Below, in pieces: positions 48,984 through 58,509 of a stretch of 64,000 nt of DNA. The notes below the pieces were generated by a model, which did not search any database, was not told the origin of the DNA, and saw nothing but the letters and a program-made list of their open reading frames with translations. Source of the DNA: Candidatus Woesearchaeota archaeon (GTDB lineage: Archaea; Nanobdellota; Nanobdellia; SCGC-AAA011-G17; PNOQ01); assembly GCA_964481835.1 (NCBI GenBank), contig CAYZTT010000002.1, positions 7,533 through 71,532 of the forward strand, read 5' to 3'. A program made the translations under genes and the position numbers. The first letter of the stretch is position 1. The number at the start of each line of letters is the position of its first letter.

Positions 48984-49818
48984 TTTGGGGTTTTTGGAAG
49001 ACTATCAGATCTTCTGTGGTTAGTTTCTTTTTTGTTTTAAGTTTTTCTTCCACTTCTTTTTCTTTTTGTTTCAACATAGTCTCAGCTTCTTTTTTACTTT
49101 TGAGAACTATCTCTTCACCCATCTCTTTTGCTAACTTCAACTTATCTTTAAGTTGTTCGTTGACCTTAGCAAATTTTTCTTTTGACTCTATAAACTTTTT
49201 GAAAGCATCTTCCTGATCCTTTCTTAAAACTGTTATTTTCTTTGTTAGGTTTAAGAATTCTGAATAGGATTTTGACTTGTCTGTTTGTTGCCTAATTTTT
49301 CGATGAAACTCTTCTGCTTTTTTCTTTTTTTCAGTTATTTCATCAGAAAGCTCTTTCAATTCCTTAAATAGGGATTGAACGTCTCCAGCATCATTTAATT
49401 GTTTCTTGAATTGATTAATCTGCTTCATTACTCCTCTTTCTTTATCAAATGTTAATCCCTCTGTTTCAATTTTGAATTCTAATTCTTCTATTTTTTTTAT
49501 TAGCCCTGAAGGATTAAAATTAATTTTTTTGTCTTTCAATACCTTAAGTTTTTGTTTATTTAGTTCTTGGAATTTCTTTATTAATCCTTGAACCTCTTTA
49601 TTGTATTTGTCTCGATCTTCCTTTAATTTTTGTAAATCTTTATTTGTTTGATCATTACTGGTTTTTATAGACCTTATTTTGCCAATTAGATTAGAAATAT
49701 CTTTTTTCAAATTCTCTTTTTTAGAGAACCATCTCTCTTTTTGTATGTTCAACTCGTTTAGACTCTTCTTAAGTTGAACAATTTCTTCCTTTAGTTTCTT
49801 TGATTGAATTTTATCCAT
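48955..49818 (-). CDS. Lys/Glu-rich coiled-coil protein (287 aa)
   Basis: heptad-like K/E/L composition throughout. Confidence 0.5.
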   Translation of the reverse strand: MDKIQSKKLKEEIVQLKKSLNELNIQKERWFSKKENLKKDISNLIGKIRSIKTSNDQTNKDLQKLKEDRDKYNKEVQGLIKKFQELNKQKLKVLKDKKINFNPSGLIKKIEELEFKIETEGLTFDKERGVMKQINQFKKQLNDAGDVQSLFKELKELSDEITEKKKKAEEFHRKIRQQTDKSKSYSEFLNLTKKITVLRKDQEDAFKKFIESKEKFAKVNEQLKDKLKLAKEMGEEIVLKSKKEAETMLKQKEKEVEEKLKTKKKLTTEDLIVFQKPQNDSNKNRNT

Positions 49819-49861
49819 ATAGCATCACTGAATATAATAAAAAAGGGAGAAAGAAAAGAAT

Positions 49862-50158
49862 TTAACCGAAAAGTGCGCCTAGACCGGCAGCTGCCTGTCC
49901 GTCATCTTTCTTTTCTTCTTTCTTATCTTCCTTCTTTTCTTCAGGTTTTGATTCACCTTCAGCTGTTGAAGGAGCAGCTACAGTTGCAGCTTCTTTAATG
50001 GCTTGATCTATATCTACGCCATCTAGAGCAGCCACCAATGCTTTGATTTTTGTATCATCGGCTTTTGCCCCTGCCGCATCAATAACTTTCTTTAAGTTTG
50101 CTTCATTGACTTCATTTCCTGATTTGTGAAGGAGTAATGCTGCATATATTAGTTCCAT
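49862..50158 (-). CDS. rpl12: ribosomal stalk protein L12e/P1
   Basis: MELIYAALLLH N-terminus; Ala/Glu/Lys-rich hinge; conserved C-terminal GLGALFG. Confidence 0.85.
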   Translation of the reverse strand: MELIYAALLLHKSGNEVNEANLKKVIDAAGAKADDTKIKALVAALDGVDIDQAIKEAATVAAPSTAEGESKPEEKKEDKKEEKKDDGQAAAGLGALFG

Positions 50159-50174
50159 GGTGTTACCTCCGTCA

Positions 50175-51059
50175 TTATGATTCTTTTACCTCTTGATTGT
50201 CAGTTTGTTCTTCCTTAGTCTCATCTGTTGGTGTTGTCTCTGCGGTTTCTTCAGTTTTTTCTTCTTGTTTTCCTTCTACCTTTGGCTCTTCTGGAGTCAG
50301 AGATGATAAGGCAAGAGCTTCACGTTCTGCCTTTTGAAGTAATATTTCTGTAGTTTCTTGAGTCGCATATGTTATGAAAACTGCAAGGTTTAGTGCTTCG
50401 CTTGCAGCAGTTTGAACATTTTGTATGTATTCTTTTTCGCTTACAGATAATACATCTGATTTGAAGACTTGTCCGTCTTGATAGATTGCCTTTAGATTTA
50501 ATCCAATCTCCATTGGTTGGATTCCAAATTTGTCTAAAACACCTGTTTGTTTGGCGTTTAGTTCCTCTCCGGCCTTTGCCAATAATTTTTCTTGTTTGAC
50601 TGCAACTTTTCCATCTTCTACTGAAGCAATAATACCTGCCTGTCCCAACTCTCCAATTATTGGTCCTGGTGGGAAAGGGGTAGGTCCTTCTGGAATTATG
50701 ATATCTTTAGGCGTGATTTGGCCTGGCTTTGCGGCCATGTTAGATTTATTTTTATCTAATACTCTCGCGATCTTGAATGCATCTTCGCTTGTTACCAGTA
50801 ACGCAGGCATACAGTCTTTTAGTTGCTCTTCAAGTTGCTCTATTCCTTTCTTTTCGCCTTTTATGTTTTCTAAGGCCAGCTTTAAAATTGATTTCTTGGT
50901 TACTGTGACTTGGAATCTATCTTTTAATTTTGATTTTAATTTTTGAAATTGTGCAGAAGGTAAGCTAGTTAAATCTAATATACCAACATTCTTTGCTTCT
51001 TTCAGCATGCTGGTTATTCTTACAAGTTCCTTTTTCTTTGCTTCTGAAACGTGTGCCAT
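50175..51059 (-). CDS. rplP0: ribosomal protein L10/P0
   Basis: 294 aa; L10 core plus acidic C-terminal stalk tail; standard position between L1 and L12. Confidence 0.9.
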   Translation of the reverse strand: MAHVSEAKKKELVRITSMLKEAKNVGILDLTSLPSAQFQKLKSKLKDRFQVTVTKKSILKLALENIKGEKKGIEQLEEQLKDCMPALLVTSEDAFKIARVLDKNKSNMAAKPGQITPKDIIIPEGPTPFPPGPIIGELGQAGIIASVEDGKVAVKQEKLLAKAGEELNAKQTGVLDKFGIQPMEIGLNLKAIYQDGQVFKSDVLSVSEKEYIQNVQTAASEALNLAVFITYATQETTEILLQKAEREALALSSLTPEEPKVEGKQEEKTEETAETTPTDETKEEQTDNQEVKES

Positions 51060-51772
51060 TATTTTTTAGCCTCTTCTACTTTCTTTTCTTCTTTTTGATG
51101 ATGCAATACGGGGCCCTTCTCTGTTACTTCCACAGAGGGGCTCATTGTAAGTTTTATGAATATAGATTTCATATTATCTCTTTCTTTTGGCAATGCATGT
51201 AAGACTGTGTTATAGGAATGGAAAATGTTCTCTACAATATCCTCATCCGACATATCTTCTGTTCCGACTGAGGCTTTAACGACTAATTGGCTCTTTGAAA
51301 CAAATCTTATTGTGGAGTTCAGTTTTTGTTGTATTGGCTCCAAATTTGGTATTACCGGCGGAACGATACATCCTGCTTTTGGATTTGGCATTTTTCCTTT
51401 AGGTCCAAGAACCCTACCAAATGCTGTAGCGATGTCTCCCATTAAATTTGCTTGTGCAAGGAAGAAATCATGCTTTGATGCTAGTTGCTTTGTTAGCTTT
51501 TTATCTTTCGCATACTTGGCAAACTCTTCCTTTAGAATAACTGTATCGAATATTTTGGCCTTTGTTTCTAATTCTTTATCAATTAGTGCGCAAATTTTGG
51601 CTTTTTTTAATCTGGCCTTTGGAAGTTGCAAGAAAACGTCTAGTTGATCGTCAGATGATTTTGGATTTAATTGTTTTAGATTAATTATTAAGTCAATGGA
51701 CTGATTAAAATTCCTTTTTTTAGAGATTTCACGTAATTTTTTTAACGAATCTAGTATGTGTTTTTTGTTCAT
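51059..51772 (-). CDS. rpl1: ribosomal protein L1
   Basis: GRVLGPKGKMPNPKAG signature. Confidence 0.9.
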   Translation of the reverse strand: MNKKHILDSLKKLREISKKRNFNQSIDLIINLKQLNPKSSDDQLDVFLQLPKARLKKAKICALIDKELETKAKIFDTVILKEEFAKYAKDKKLTKQLASKHDFFLAQANLMGDIATAFGRVLGPKGKMPNPKAGCIVPPVIPNLEPIQQKLNSTIRFVSKSQLVVKASVGTEDMSDEDIVENIFHSYNTVLHALPKERDNMKSIFIKLTMSPSVEVTEKGPVLHHQKEEKKVEEAKK

Positions 51773-51827
51773 TTGTCCCTCCTACATTAAGTAGTGCTAA
51801 TGGGTAATTAGATGGTTCTTGGTTGGT

Positions 51828-52532
51828 TTATAAAGCTTTTGATTTAAATCCTTCTTCTTCCATTATTTTTAAAATATTTGGAAATGTTTTTAGTAAGTAC
51901 TTACTATTCAGTCTTGTGAGGTCTCCCCACTTAGTATCCCCATCGTGCATGACGAATATTTTCCCGGGAGCAAGATGTTTTTCAAATCTATTTTTCACGG
52001 CGGCCTGACTTGATATATAACTATCTAACCAGCAAAACTCACTCCAACCAACCAATATTATGTTTCTTGCCTTTAGTACATCGTATAACTGTTGGCTCCT
52101 CCAACCACTGGGAGGTCGAAAATATTTTGTTTTGAAGGATTTATTTAGAATTTTGGACATATCCAGTTCAAATGAAGCGATATATTCCGCCAGATATTCC
52201 TCTGAATTTGAAGCAAGAAATCTTGATTTCCCATGCAGTCCAATTGTGTGGCCTTCATTGTAAATTCTGTTAACTAGCTCTTCGTTTGTAGGGATATATT
52301 CGGGGATAATAAAGAATGTGGCCTTGTTCCCAGATTTCTTTAATTCGTCTAAAAGGAAAGGGGTTACTTCGGAATTTGGGCCATCATCAAAGGTTAGATA
52401 AATATTGTTGGGATCGTTCATCTCCCAGATAGTGTTTTCTTCTGTGGAATCCTTAAATGTCTTGAAAGGGAGAGTATAAACTAAGAAGATTATTATTAGC
52501 ACTATTATTAATACTATAAATGGGGCTTCCAA
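51828..52532 (-). CDS. polysaccharide deacetylase (CE4/NodB homology) with N-terminal TM anchor
   Basis: TFDDGP motif; His-containing motifs. Confidence 0.8.
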   Translation of the reverse strand: MEAPFIVLIIVLIIIFLVYTLPFKTFKDSTEENTIWEMNDPNNIYLTFDDGPNSEVTPFLLDELKKSGNKATFFIIPEYIPTNEELVNRIYNEGHTIGLHGKSRFLASNSEEYLAEYIASFELDMSKILNKSFKTKYFRPPSGWRSQQLYDVLKARNIILVGWSEFCWLDSYISSQAAVKNRFEKHLAPGKIFVMHDGDTKWGDLTRLNSKYLLKTFPNILKIMEEEGFKSKAL

Positions 52533-52611
52533 TTTGATTTCTATTTGGATTCTAGATTTATATATTTTTCTGGGGGGATAAAATTATAAATTTCCCCCCA
52601 TTCTCTTTTTT

Positions 52612-52947
52612 ATGAATAGGCAAGTTGCTAGGGAAGAAGAAGTGGGTTTGACAGGGGTTGTAGATGGGGAGTACGTCCCCCCAGATAAATTCACCAGCAG
52701 ATATCTATTGGCTGCTACTGCTAAGGGGGGCTGGGAGTCTACGGTCGCTAGTACTCACTATCTTGGAAAACTAGGGAAGGCCTTGGTTTTCAACCATCCG
52801 CCCAGAATTCTGGAGGGGGTTTTAGCATTTGGTCGCTCACTGTTTGATATTGCTGGCTACATGATGGAATTTAACCGAAACATAAATTCTACGAAGATAC
52901 CAGAAAACGATTTAGAACGGTCTCAACAGTGTGTGGATCTTGGGTAG
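52612..52947 (+). CDS. questionable ORF inside a GC-rich island (may be non-coding or a gene remnant)
   Basis: only short overlapping ORFs on both strands across 52560-53110. Confidence 0.2.
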   Translation: MNRQVAREEEVGLTGVVDGEYVPPDKFTSRYLLAATAKGGWESTVASTHYLGKLGKALVFNHPPRILEGVLAFGRSLFDIAGYMMEFNRNINSTKIPENDLERSQQCVDLG

Positions 52948-53122
52948 ATGGGGTAAATCTTGTTTCTGCTTTGGCCGGAACTGCCACCGCATATGCACTT
53001 CCATTCAAGGCCCCAACCAATCCATTGGCATATATCCCTGCGATTGTGAATACGGCTGGACTTATTGGGAGGGGCATAAAACATAGAAAAGAGGTCTATA
53101 ATTTTTTTAGAAACCCCTGCGA

Positions 53123-53704
53123 TTAACTTTTTTTCCTATTTTTTATGAGATATGTTGCAGCTATTGAGCCCCCCACAAAATTATAGAGTAAGTCTAATGC
53201 ATTATTATAATACGTCCCCACGCGGGGTCCTGCATCAAGAAGAACCACTGCGATAAGTTCTATGATTTCATATATTGCTCCGATCCCTAGTGTGATTAAA
53301 ACTAACATGGAAAAGAAAATTTTGGGATTCTTATTTAGTATGGGCATAAATTGCCTTTCAAATATTGCGAAGATCAGAAATGCAATTACAAAGCAGCCCA
53401 GAAGATGCATTATATTATCATATCTTAACCATAAAAACCAGATATCATAGAGCTTTTGGCCATTGAAATAGAGATTGCTTCCCGCCAGATTAGCAACCCA
53501 AAGTAGGGAGAGTGCTAGATAATGTTTAAATCTCAAGTTTAATCCATCCCTATATAAGAAAAGTATAACTATTACTGCGAGGTATATTAAAACAGAATAA
53601 TAGAGTATCTCATAGTTTTTTATTTGAAAGGCCAACCTAGTGAATACCACCACATATGTTACGGTGAATATTGTTAATAACTTCAACTTTAGGGATTCTT
53701 TCAT
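53123..53704 (-). CDS. polytopic membrane protein (193 aa)
   Basis: 6 TM helices. Confidence 0.5.
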   Translation of the reverse strand: MKESLKLKLLTIFTVTYVVVFTRLAFQIKNYEILYYSVLIYLAVIVILFLYRDGLNLRFKHYLALSLLWVANLAGSNLYFNGQKLYDIWFLWLRYDNIMHLLGCFVIAFLIFAIFERQFMPILNKNPKIFFSMLVLITLGIGAIYEIIELIAVVLLDAGPRVGTYYNNALDLLYNFVGGSIAATYLIKNRKKS

Positions 53705-53735
53705 TGTTTTGAATGTTAAAATATAAATTTATAAA

Positions 53736-54245
53736 TTATTCTATTAAATATACATAAAGCGTCTCAAAATCAATCTTTTCTTGATCTATTTTTTTGAATT
53801 TGTAGTTTAGTCTTTCCAATGTTTTATCTACATCAGGGGTTAGGGAAGAGAATACAATCAATATCTTGCCATCTTTATTTAGGTGTTCTTTTGCTTGTTC
53901 TAAAAACCTAGTTAGAACTTCATTTCCTTTTTTCCCACCGGTTGTGGAGAGTTTTGAATCTTCTGGTTCTAATGGTTCTTCTGGAAGATAGGGTGGATTA
54001 AATATGATTAAATCAAACTTTTCTTTTATGTTTTCAAAAAGATCCGAGTGTATTGTTTTTATTGTTAAATTCTCTAAACATCTTGGATTAATATCGGAAG
54101 CTGTAACTTCTGCCCCAAGTTTATCTGCTTCAATTGCTTGGATTCCGGATCCGGTCCCAACGTCTAATACCTTCATTCCTTTTTTTATATACTTCTTTAA
54201 TTGTTTTTTTAGAAGAAAAGAATCTTCGGCAGGTTCGTAAATCAT
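53736..54245 (-). CDS. HemK/Mtq2-like SAM-dependent methyltransferase (N5-glutamine MTase-like)
   Basis: VLDVGTGSGIQAI SAM motif; NPPY catalytic motif; 169 aa. Confidence 0.7.
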   Translation of the reverse strand: MIYEPAEDSFLLKKQLKKYIKKGMKVLDVGTGSGIQAIEADKLGAEVTASDINPRCLENLTIKTIHSDLFENIKEKFDLIIFNPPYLPEEPLEPEDSKLSTTGGKKGNEVLTRFLEQAKEHLNKDGKILIVFSSLTPDVDKTLERLNYKFKKIDQEKIDFETLYVYLIE

Positions 54246-54697
54246 TTTAATGCTTTAAAATATTCTTCAACTCTTTCTAGTATGTTGTTTAAATGAAAAT
54301 TCTTAATTCTTTTTTCAAAGATTTCGTTAAGTTCTTGGAATTCGGTTATCCGGTAGTCTGTTTTTATGTTTTCAATTATATGTAAATCTTTAAGCCTCTT
54401 TAACTGTCTTCGAACGTTTGATGATGCGACTCCCTTTAAGGGAAGTTTGTATTTTTTTCTGTTTTGTATTACTTGATCCCTAATTTCTTCTGAGTTCATT
54501 AATAATTTATCTTTTTTATTTTTCATTAACACTTGAAAAACATCGACAATTATGTCTCTTGAGTCCCCTGGCTGCAATAGCCCTACCGAGAGGCATAATT
54601 TTCTTGTTAAATCTCTCTTAGAAGCAGTGTATGGCTTTTCATATCTTCTTAATGTGATTTCAGATAATGGGATGTCTTTTGAAATTGTTTTTGGCAT
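54242..54697 (-). CDS. hypothetical protein (151 aa), co-operonic with the methyltransferase
   Basis: 4-nt overlap with the downstream gene. Confidence 0.45.
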   Translation of the reverse strand: MPKTISKDIPLSEITLRRYEKPYTASKRDLTRKLCLSVGLLQPGDSRDIIVDVFQVLMKNKKDKLLMNSEEIRDQVIQNRKKYKLPLKGVASSNVRRQLKRLKDLHIIENIKTDYRITEFQELNEIFEKRIKNFHLNNILERVEEYFKALK

Positions 54698-54764
54698 AAT
54701 TGAGAAATGATGTATATTGTTTAAATAGTTTTGGATTCTCTAATGATAATTATTATAAGTTTGT

Positions 54765-55187
54765 ATGGATTCGCTAATTTTGATGGATGGGCCAAAAATT
54801 GAAGTGAGTGATTTGAAGGGTCTTGAGGGTGTCGAACTTGAAGTGTCGGAGAGAGAATTGGGGATAGCTGGAAAGCTATTATCCGTCTGGGCAGAAGACT
54901 GCAATGGTTTTATTTGTCCCCAAGTAGAGGGTTTTCATATCGGGGGCTACCTTTTAGCTAGAGTGGGAATTCCAGTAGCAGATAGAACTGCGGTTGCTAT
55001 TGGATCTCGAGGAAATATTTTTAAGATTTGGGCAGATTTAAGTGAAGAGGGTGGAAGGGACCTAAATTATTTTTGCCCATTTAATGTTCCAGAAGGTTAT
55101 GATTTAACTTCCGCTCAATGGAGTTGTGAATCCGATGATTATGGCCCGCATGTAAGAATTCTTATACCAAAGAAAACAAATGTTTAA
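54765..55187 (+). CDS. hypothetical protein (140 aa) in GC-richer sequence
   Basis: ORF; several Cys. Confidence 0.4.
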   Translation: MDSLILMDGPKIEVSDLKGLEGVELEVSERELGIAGKLLSVWAEDCNGFICPQVEGFHIGGYLLARVGIPVADRTAVAIGSRGNIFKIWADLSEEGGRDLNYFCPFNVPEGYDLTSAQWSCESDDYGPHVRILIPKKTNV

Positions 55188-55214
55188 ATATCGGAAAATA
55201 TTTGGATAGTTAAA

Positions 55215-55568
55215 ATGGCAGATTTAATAGCAGTACTATCTACAGGCAAAGGAACCTGGGGGCATGTTAATGGTTTAATTAATGGTGAAGAGTGGGGCAA
55301 AATATACTTACTAACTAATGATTTTGGGAAAGACACTTTCAAAGCAAATGAAAAAACTGAGCTTATAGTCTTGAATTTCAATGATAAAGTTGAAGGCTTA
55401 GCAAAAGATATGGAAGCTAAACTTAAGGATAAAGTTTCGGGAGAAGTGGGAGTAAATTTTATCTCTGGTGCGGGAAAAGAACATATGGCTCTCGTTTCTG
55501 CTTTGATGAAACTTGGTGTAGGCTTCAGATTAATGGCTTCCACTATGGATGGAGTTAAAGAGCTATAG
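55215..55568 (+). CDS. small Rossmann-like protein with CARF/SLOG-like Gly loops
   Basis: IAVLSTGKGTW after the first strand; VNFISGAGKE later (resembles CARF hxTGGTK). Confidence 0.35.
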   Translation: MADLIAVLSTGKGTWGHVNGLINGEEWGKIYLLTNDFGKDTFKANEKTELIVLNFNDKVEGLAKDMEAKLKDKVSGEVGVNFISGAGKEHMALVSALMKLGVGFRLMASTMDGVKEL

Positions 55569-55603
55569 TAAGATTTATATCTAACCCCTCTCTTTCTTTT
55601 TAT

Positions 55604-56647
55604 ATGGGATTATTTGATGACATTTTGCATGATAACGAATCGCTTTTTATTAATGCGCAGGCGCTTGACTATGATTATGTACCTAGAGAGATCCCGCACA
55701 GAGAGAACCAACAACATTATATCGCAGATGTCATTAAACCATTATTTCAAAGAAAATCTGGAAGGAACCTATTTATTTTTGGTGCACCTGGAATTGGAAA
55801 AACGGTTGCAGTAAAACATGTTTTAAGAGAATTGAATGATAAAACGGATGACATATTTACTGTTTATGTAAATTGTTGGAAAAAAGATACTAGCTATAAG
55901 ATTCTTATGGATATTTGTGAACAATTGGAATATAAATGGGTCCACAACAAAAGAACGGATGAGCTAATGAAAGTTGTTAGCGATATAGTCAACAAAAAAT
56001 CTGTTGTTATAGTTTTGGATGAAGTCGATAGGGTTAAGGAATTGGACATCATATATAACTTCTCTGAGGATTTTTATAAGAAGTGTGTTTTTATGGTTGC
56101 AAATGATTCTGAATGGCTAGTCAATCTAGATGACAGGATAAAATCCAGATTAAATTCGGACACCTTGGAATTTAAACCATATAATTATCAGGAAACTTTT
56201 GATATCTTGAAACAAAGGGCAGGATTTGCTTTTGTAGAGAATGTTGTTGATGAGGGGGTTTTAGAATTAGTCGCAAATAGGGCATTTGAAAATGGAGATG
56301 TTCGTACCGGCGTGTTCCTATTGAGGGAAAGCGGGAATATAGCCGAGATGAAGGCATCAAGAAAGGTATTGGTTGAACATTGCGAAAAGGCAATTGAGAA
56401 CCTTGATAATTTTAAGATAAAAAAGAAGGAAGATTTTGGTATAGAAGAAGGGAAAATCTTGGATTTGATAAAGGAGAATTCTGGGATGACTATAAAAGAT
56501 TTATTTGAACTATATAACGGGGATATCTCGTATAGGACATTCCACCGAAAATTAGAGGAATTAGATAAGAACAATATGATTAATTTTGGAGAAAAAGAGG
56601 GAAAGTCTATTTCTGTGCATTATACAAAGAAATTGGATGAGTTCTGA
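55604..56647 (+). CDS. cdc6: Orc1/Cdc6 replication initiator
   Basis: AAA+ Walker A GAPGIGKT; Walker B VIVLDEVD; C-terminal winged helix. Confidence 0.9.
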   Translation: MGLFDDILHDNESLFINAQALDYDYVPREIPHRENQQHYIADVIKPLFQRKSGRNLFIFGAPGIGKTVAVKHVLRELNDKTDDIFTVYVNCWKKDTSYKILMDICEQLEYKWVHNKRTDELMKVVSDIVNKKSVVIVLDEVDRVKELDIIYNFSEDFYKKCVFMVANDSEWLVNLDDRIKSRLNSDTLEFKPYNYQETFDILKQRAGFAFVENVVDEGVLELVANRAFENGDVRTGVFLLRESGNIAEMKASRKVLVEHCEKAIENLDNFKIKKKEDFGIEEGKILDLIKENSGMTIKDLFELYNGDISYRTFHRKLEELDKNNMINFGEKEGKSISVHYTKKLDEF

Positions 56648-56991
56648 AGAGTAGTGTACTTCCTTGTCAGCTTGCCATACACGCGGATAGGGTATATAAA
56701 TTGAATTTTGCATAAAGATGTTAGAGGTGATAAAATGTTCAATAAAGAAAAAAAATTCGTGGAATGGGAAGAATTCGAGGTTGCGGATTCTGAGGCTCAA
56801 TTTTGGAATGCTGTTAATAATGATCCTTCAAACTGCTTCAAAAATATGGGGGTGATAGCATGAATATCTATTCATTAGAGGACCAGGAGAAGTTGGTCGA
56901 GGAAGGAGTGATTGATGAATATGCAAGTGCATACATGGAGGGATATTTAGCAGAAGCATAAATTTAAAAATCTCTTTCTTATTTTATTTCT

Positions 56992-57591
56992 ATGAAAATA
57001 TTTGCATTTACGGATGTCCATGGGGGTAGTCACCTGATTCAAGAGGTTGTTAAGGCCATTAGGTCTAAGAAACCCGAATTAATAATCTGCCCGGGAGACC
57101 TAACCATTTTTGGGCATGATTTAGAAAAAATATTATCCAAATTTAATAATCTAAAGATTCCTTTTTTAGTTGTACATGGTAACCATGAGAGTGAGGATGA
57201 ATTAAAAACTGCTTGTAAGAAATTTAAAAACATAATTTTTTTGCATAGAGGTGTTTTGGAGATGGGAGATCATGTTTTCTTTGGATATGGAGGGGATGGA
57301 TTCTCAAAGGAAGATAAGTTATTTGAGAAAATCTCGGAAATAATAGGAGAAAGAACAAAGGGGAAGAAATTAGTTTTGATAACACACCAACCCCCGCATG
57401 GCAATAAATTAGATTACTTAGAATATTTTGAGCATGTAGGAAATAAATCCTATACTAGATTTATAAAAAAGCGAAAACCTGTAATTAATATATTTGGACA
57501 TTTGCATGAACATTTTGGTGGGATGGACCACATAAATAAAAAAACAATATTAATCAATCCCGGACCATTAGGAAGATTAATCGAACTTTAA
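56992..57591 (+). CDS. calcineurin-like metallophosphoesterase
   Basis: DVHG; GDLT; GNHE; GHLH motifs. Confidence 0.8.
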   Translation: MKIFAFTDVHGGSHLIQEVVKAIRSKKPELIICPGDLTIFGHDLEKILSKFNNLKIPFLVVHGNHESEDELKTACKKFKNIIFLHRGVLEMGDHVFFGYGGDGFSKEDKLFEKISEIIGERTKGKKLVLITHQPPHGNKLDYLEYFEHVGNKSYTRFIKKRKPVINIFGHLHEHFGGMDHINKKTILINPGPLGRLIEL

Positions 57592-58509
57592 TATTCTTTC
57601 TTGAAAATCTTCTTTTGCGAGTAATATTGCTTTTGATTCCCGGTGGGTATCTATTATTTTATAACCCATTAAGTTTGCAATTGTTTCAGCAAATTCATAA
57701 CACTCATCATAAGAAGGAACATTTTCTTCTGTAAGTCTTTCTCTTGACTCTCCAACCCAAGAATATGCTTTAATTTCTGCAAAGAGGGGGTTTGCTTTTT
57801 TTATCAATTTGGCATAATCTTCTTCGTTGCACATATTTAGCCCCTTAACTGAAGTTATTCTAATCACTGTTCTTGTTTTCAGATTGGACAATATTTCTAA
57901 AGACTTGTTAAAACGTTCCCAATAATCTTTGAGAATTGGTTTATCTATTTTGTTGTAAAGTTCTTTTGTCGGAGCATCTAGAGATAGATATACTTGTGTT
58001 GGCATTTCTTCTAACTTTCTTAATGCTTCGGGGAACATACCATTGGTTACTAAAAATGATGAGAATTTTTGTTTGTGTAGTTCGATTAATAGCTCGTTTA
58101 GTTTTGGGTATATCGTTGGCTCCCCAGTGAGAGATATTGCAAAATGTTTTGGTTTCAGTGCCTCATCGAGTAACTTTTTGCTTACTTTTTTGTTTCCGCC
58201 AAATCCGTATATGAGATCCTTCTGAAATTTTATTGAGTTTTCAATTATTTTTTTTGGATTGTCGACTTCTTCTAATGTTTCGGCCGTGTAGAGGTCTAGA
58301 GCCCTCCAACAGAATTGGCACCTATTGGGACAGACCATTGAAGGAGTCATTTGGACACATTGATGTGTGTTGATTCCATAGAATTTCTGCTTGTAACAAA
58401 CCCCTTCGCCTTTTAGAGTTCTTTTTGTCCAATCACATATCTTTACCGAGCTGTGTTCCCCTGTAAAACGATAACCTTGCTTTTCTAGTTGTTTCTTTCC
58501 TAAGCTCAT
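57577..58509 (-). CDS. taw1: tRNA 4-demethylwyosine synthase (Taw1/TYW1, radical SAM)
   Basis: CPNRCQFCW radical-SAM cluster plus upstream Cys; 310 aa. Confidence 0.8.
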   Translation of the reverse strand: MSLGKKQLEKQGYRFTGEHSSVKICDWTKRTLKGEGVCYKQKFYGINTHQCVQMTPSMVCPNRCQFCWRALDLYTAETLEEVDNPKKIIENSIKFQKDLIYGFGGNKKVSKKLLDEALKPKHFAISLTGEPTIYPKLNELLIELHKQKFSSFLVTNGMFPEALRKLEEMPTQVYLSLDAPTKELYNKIDKPILKDYWERFNKSLEILSNLKTRTVIRITSVKGLNMCNEEDYAKLIKKANPLFAEIKAYSWVGESRERLTEENVPSYDECYEFAETIANLMGYKIIDTHRESKAILLAKEDFQERILKFD

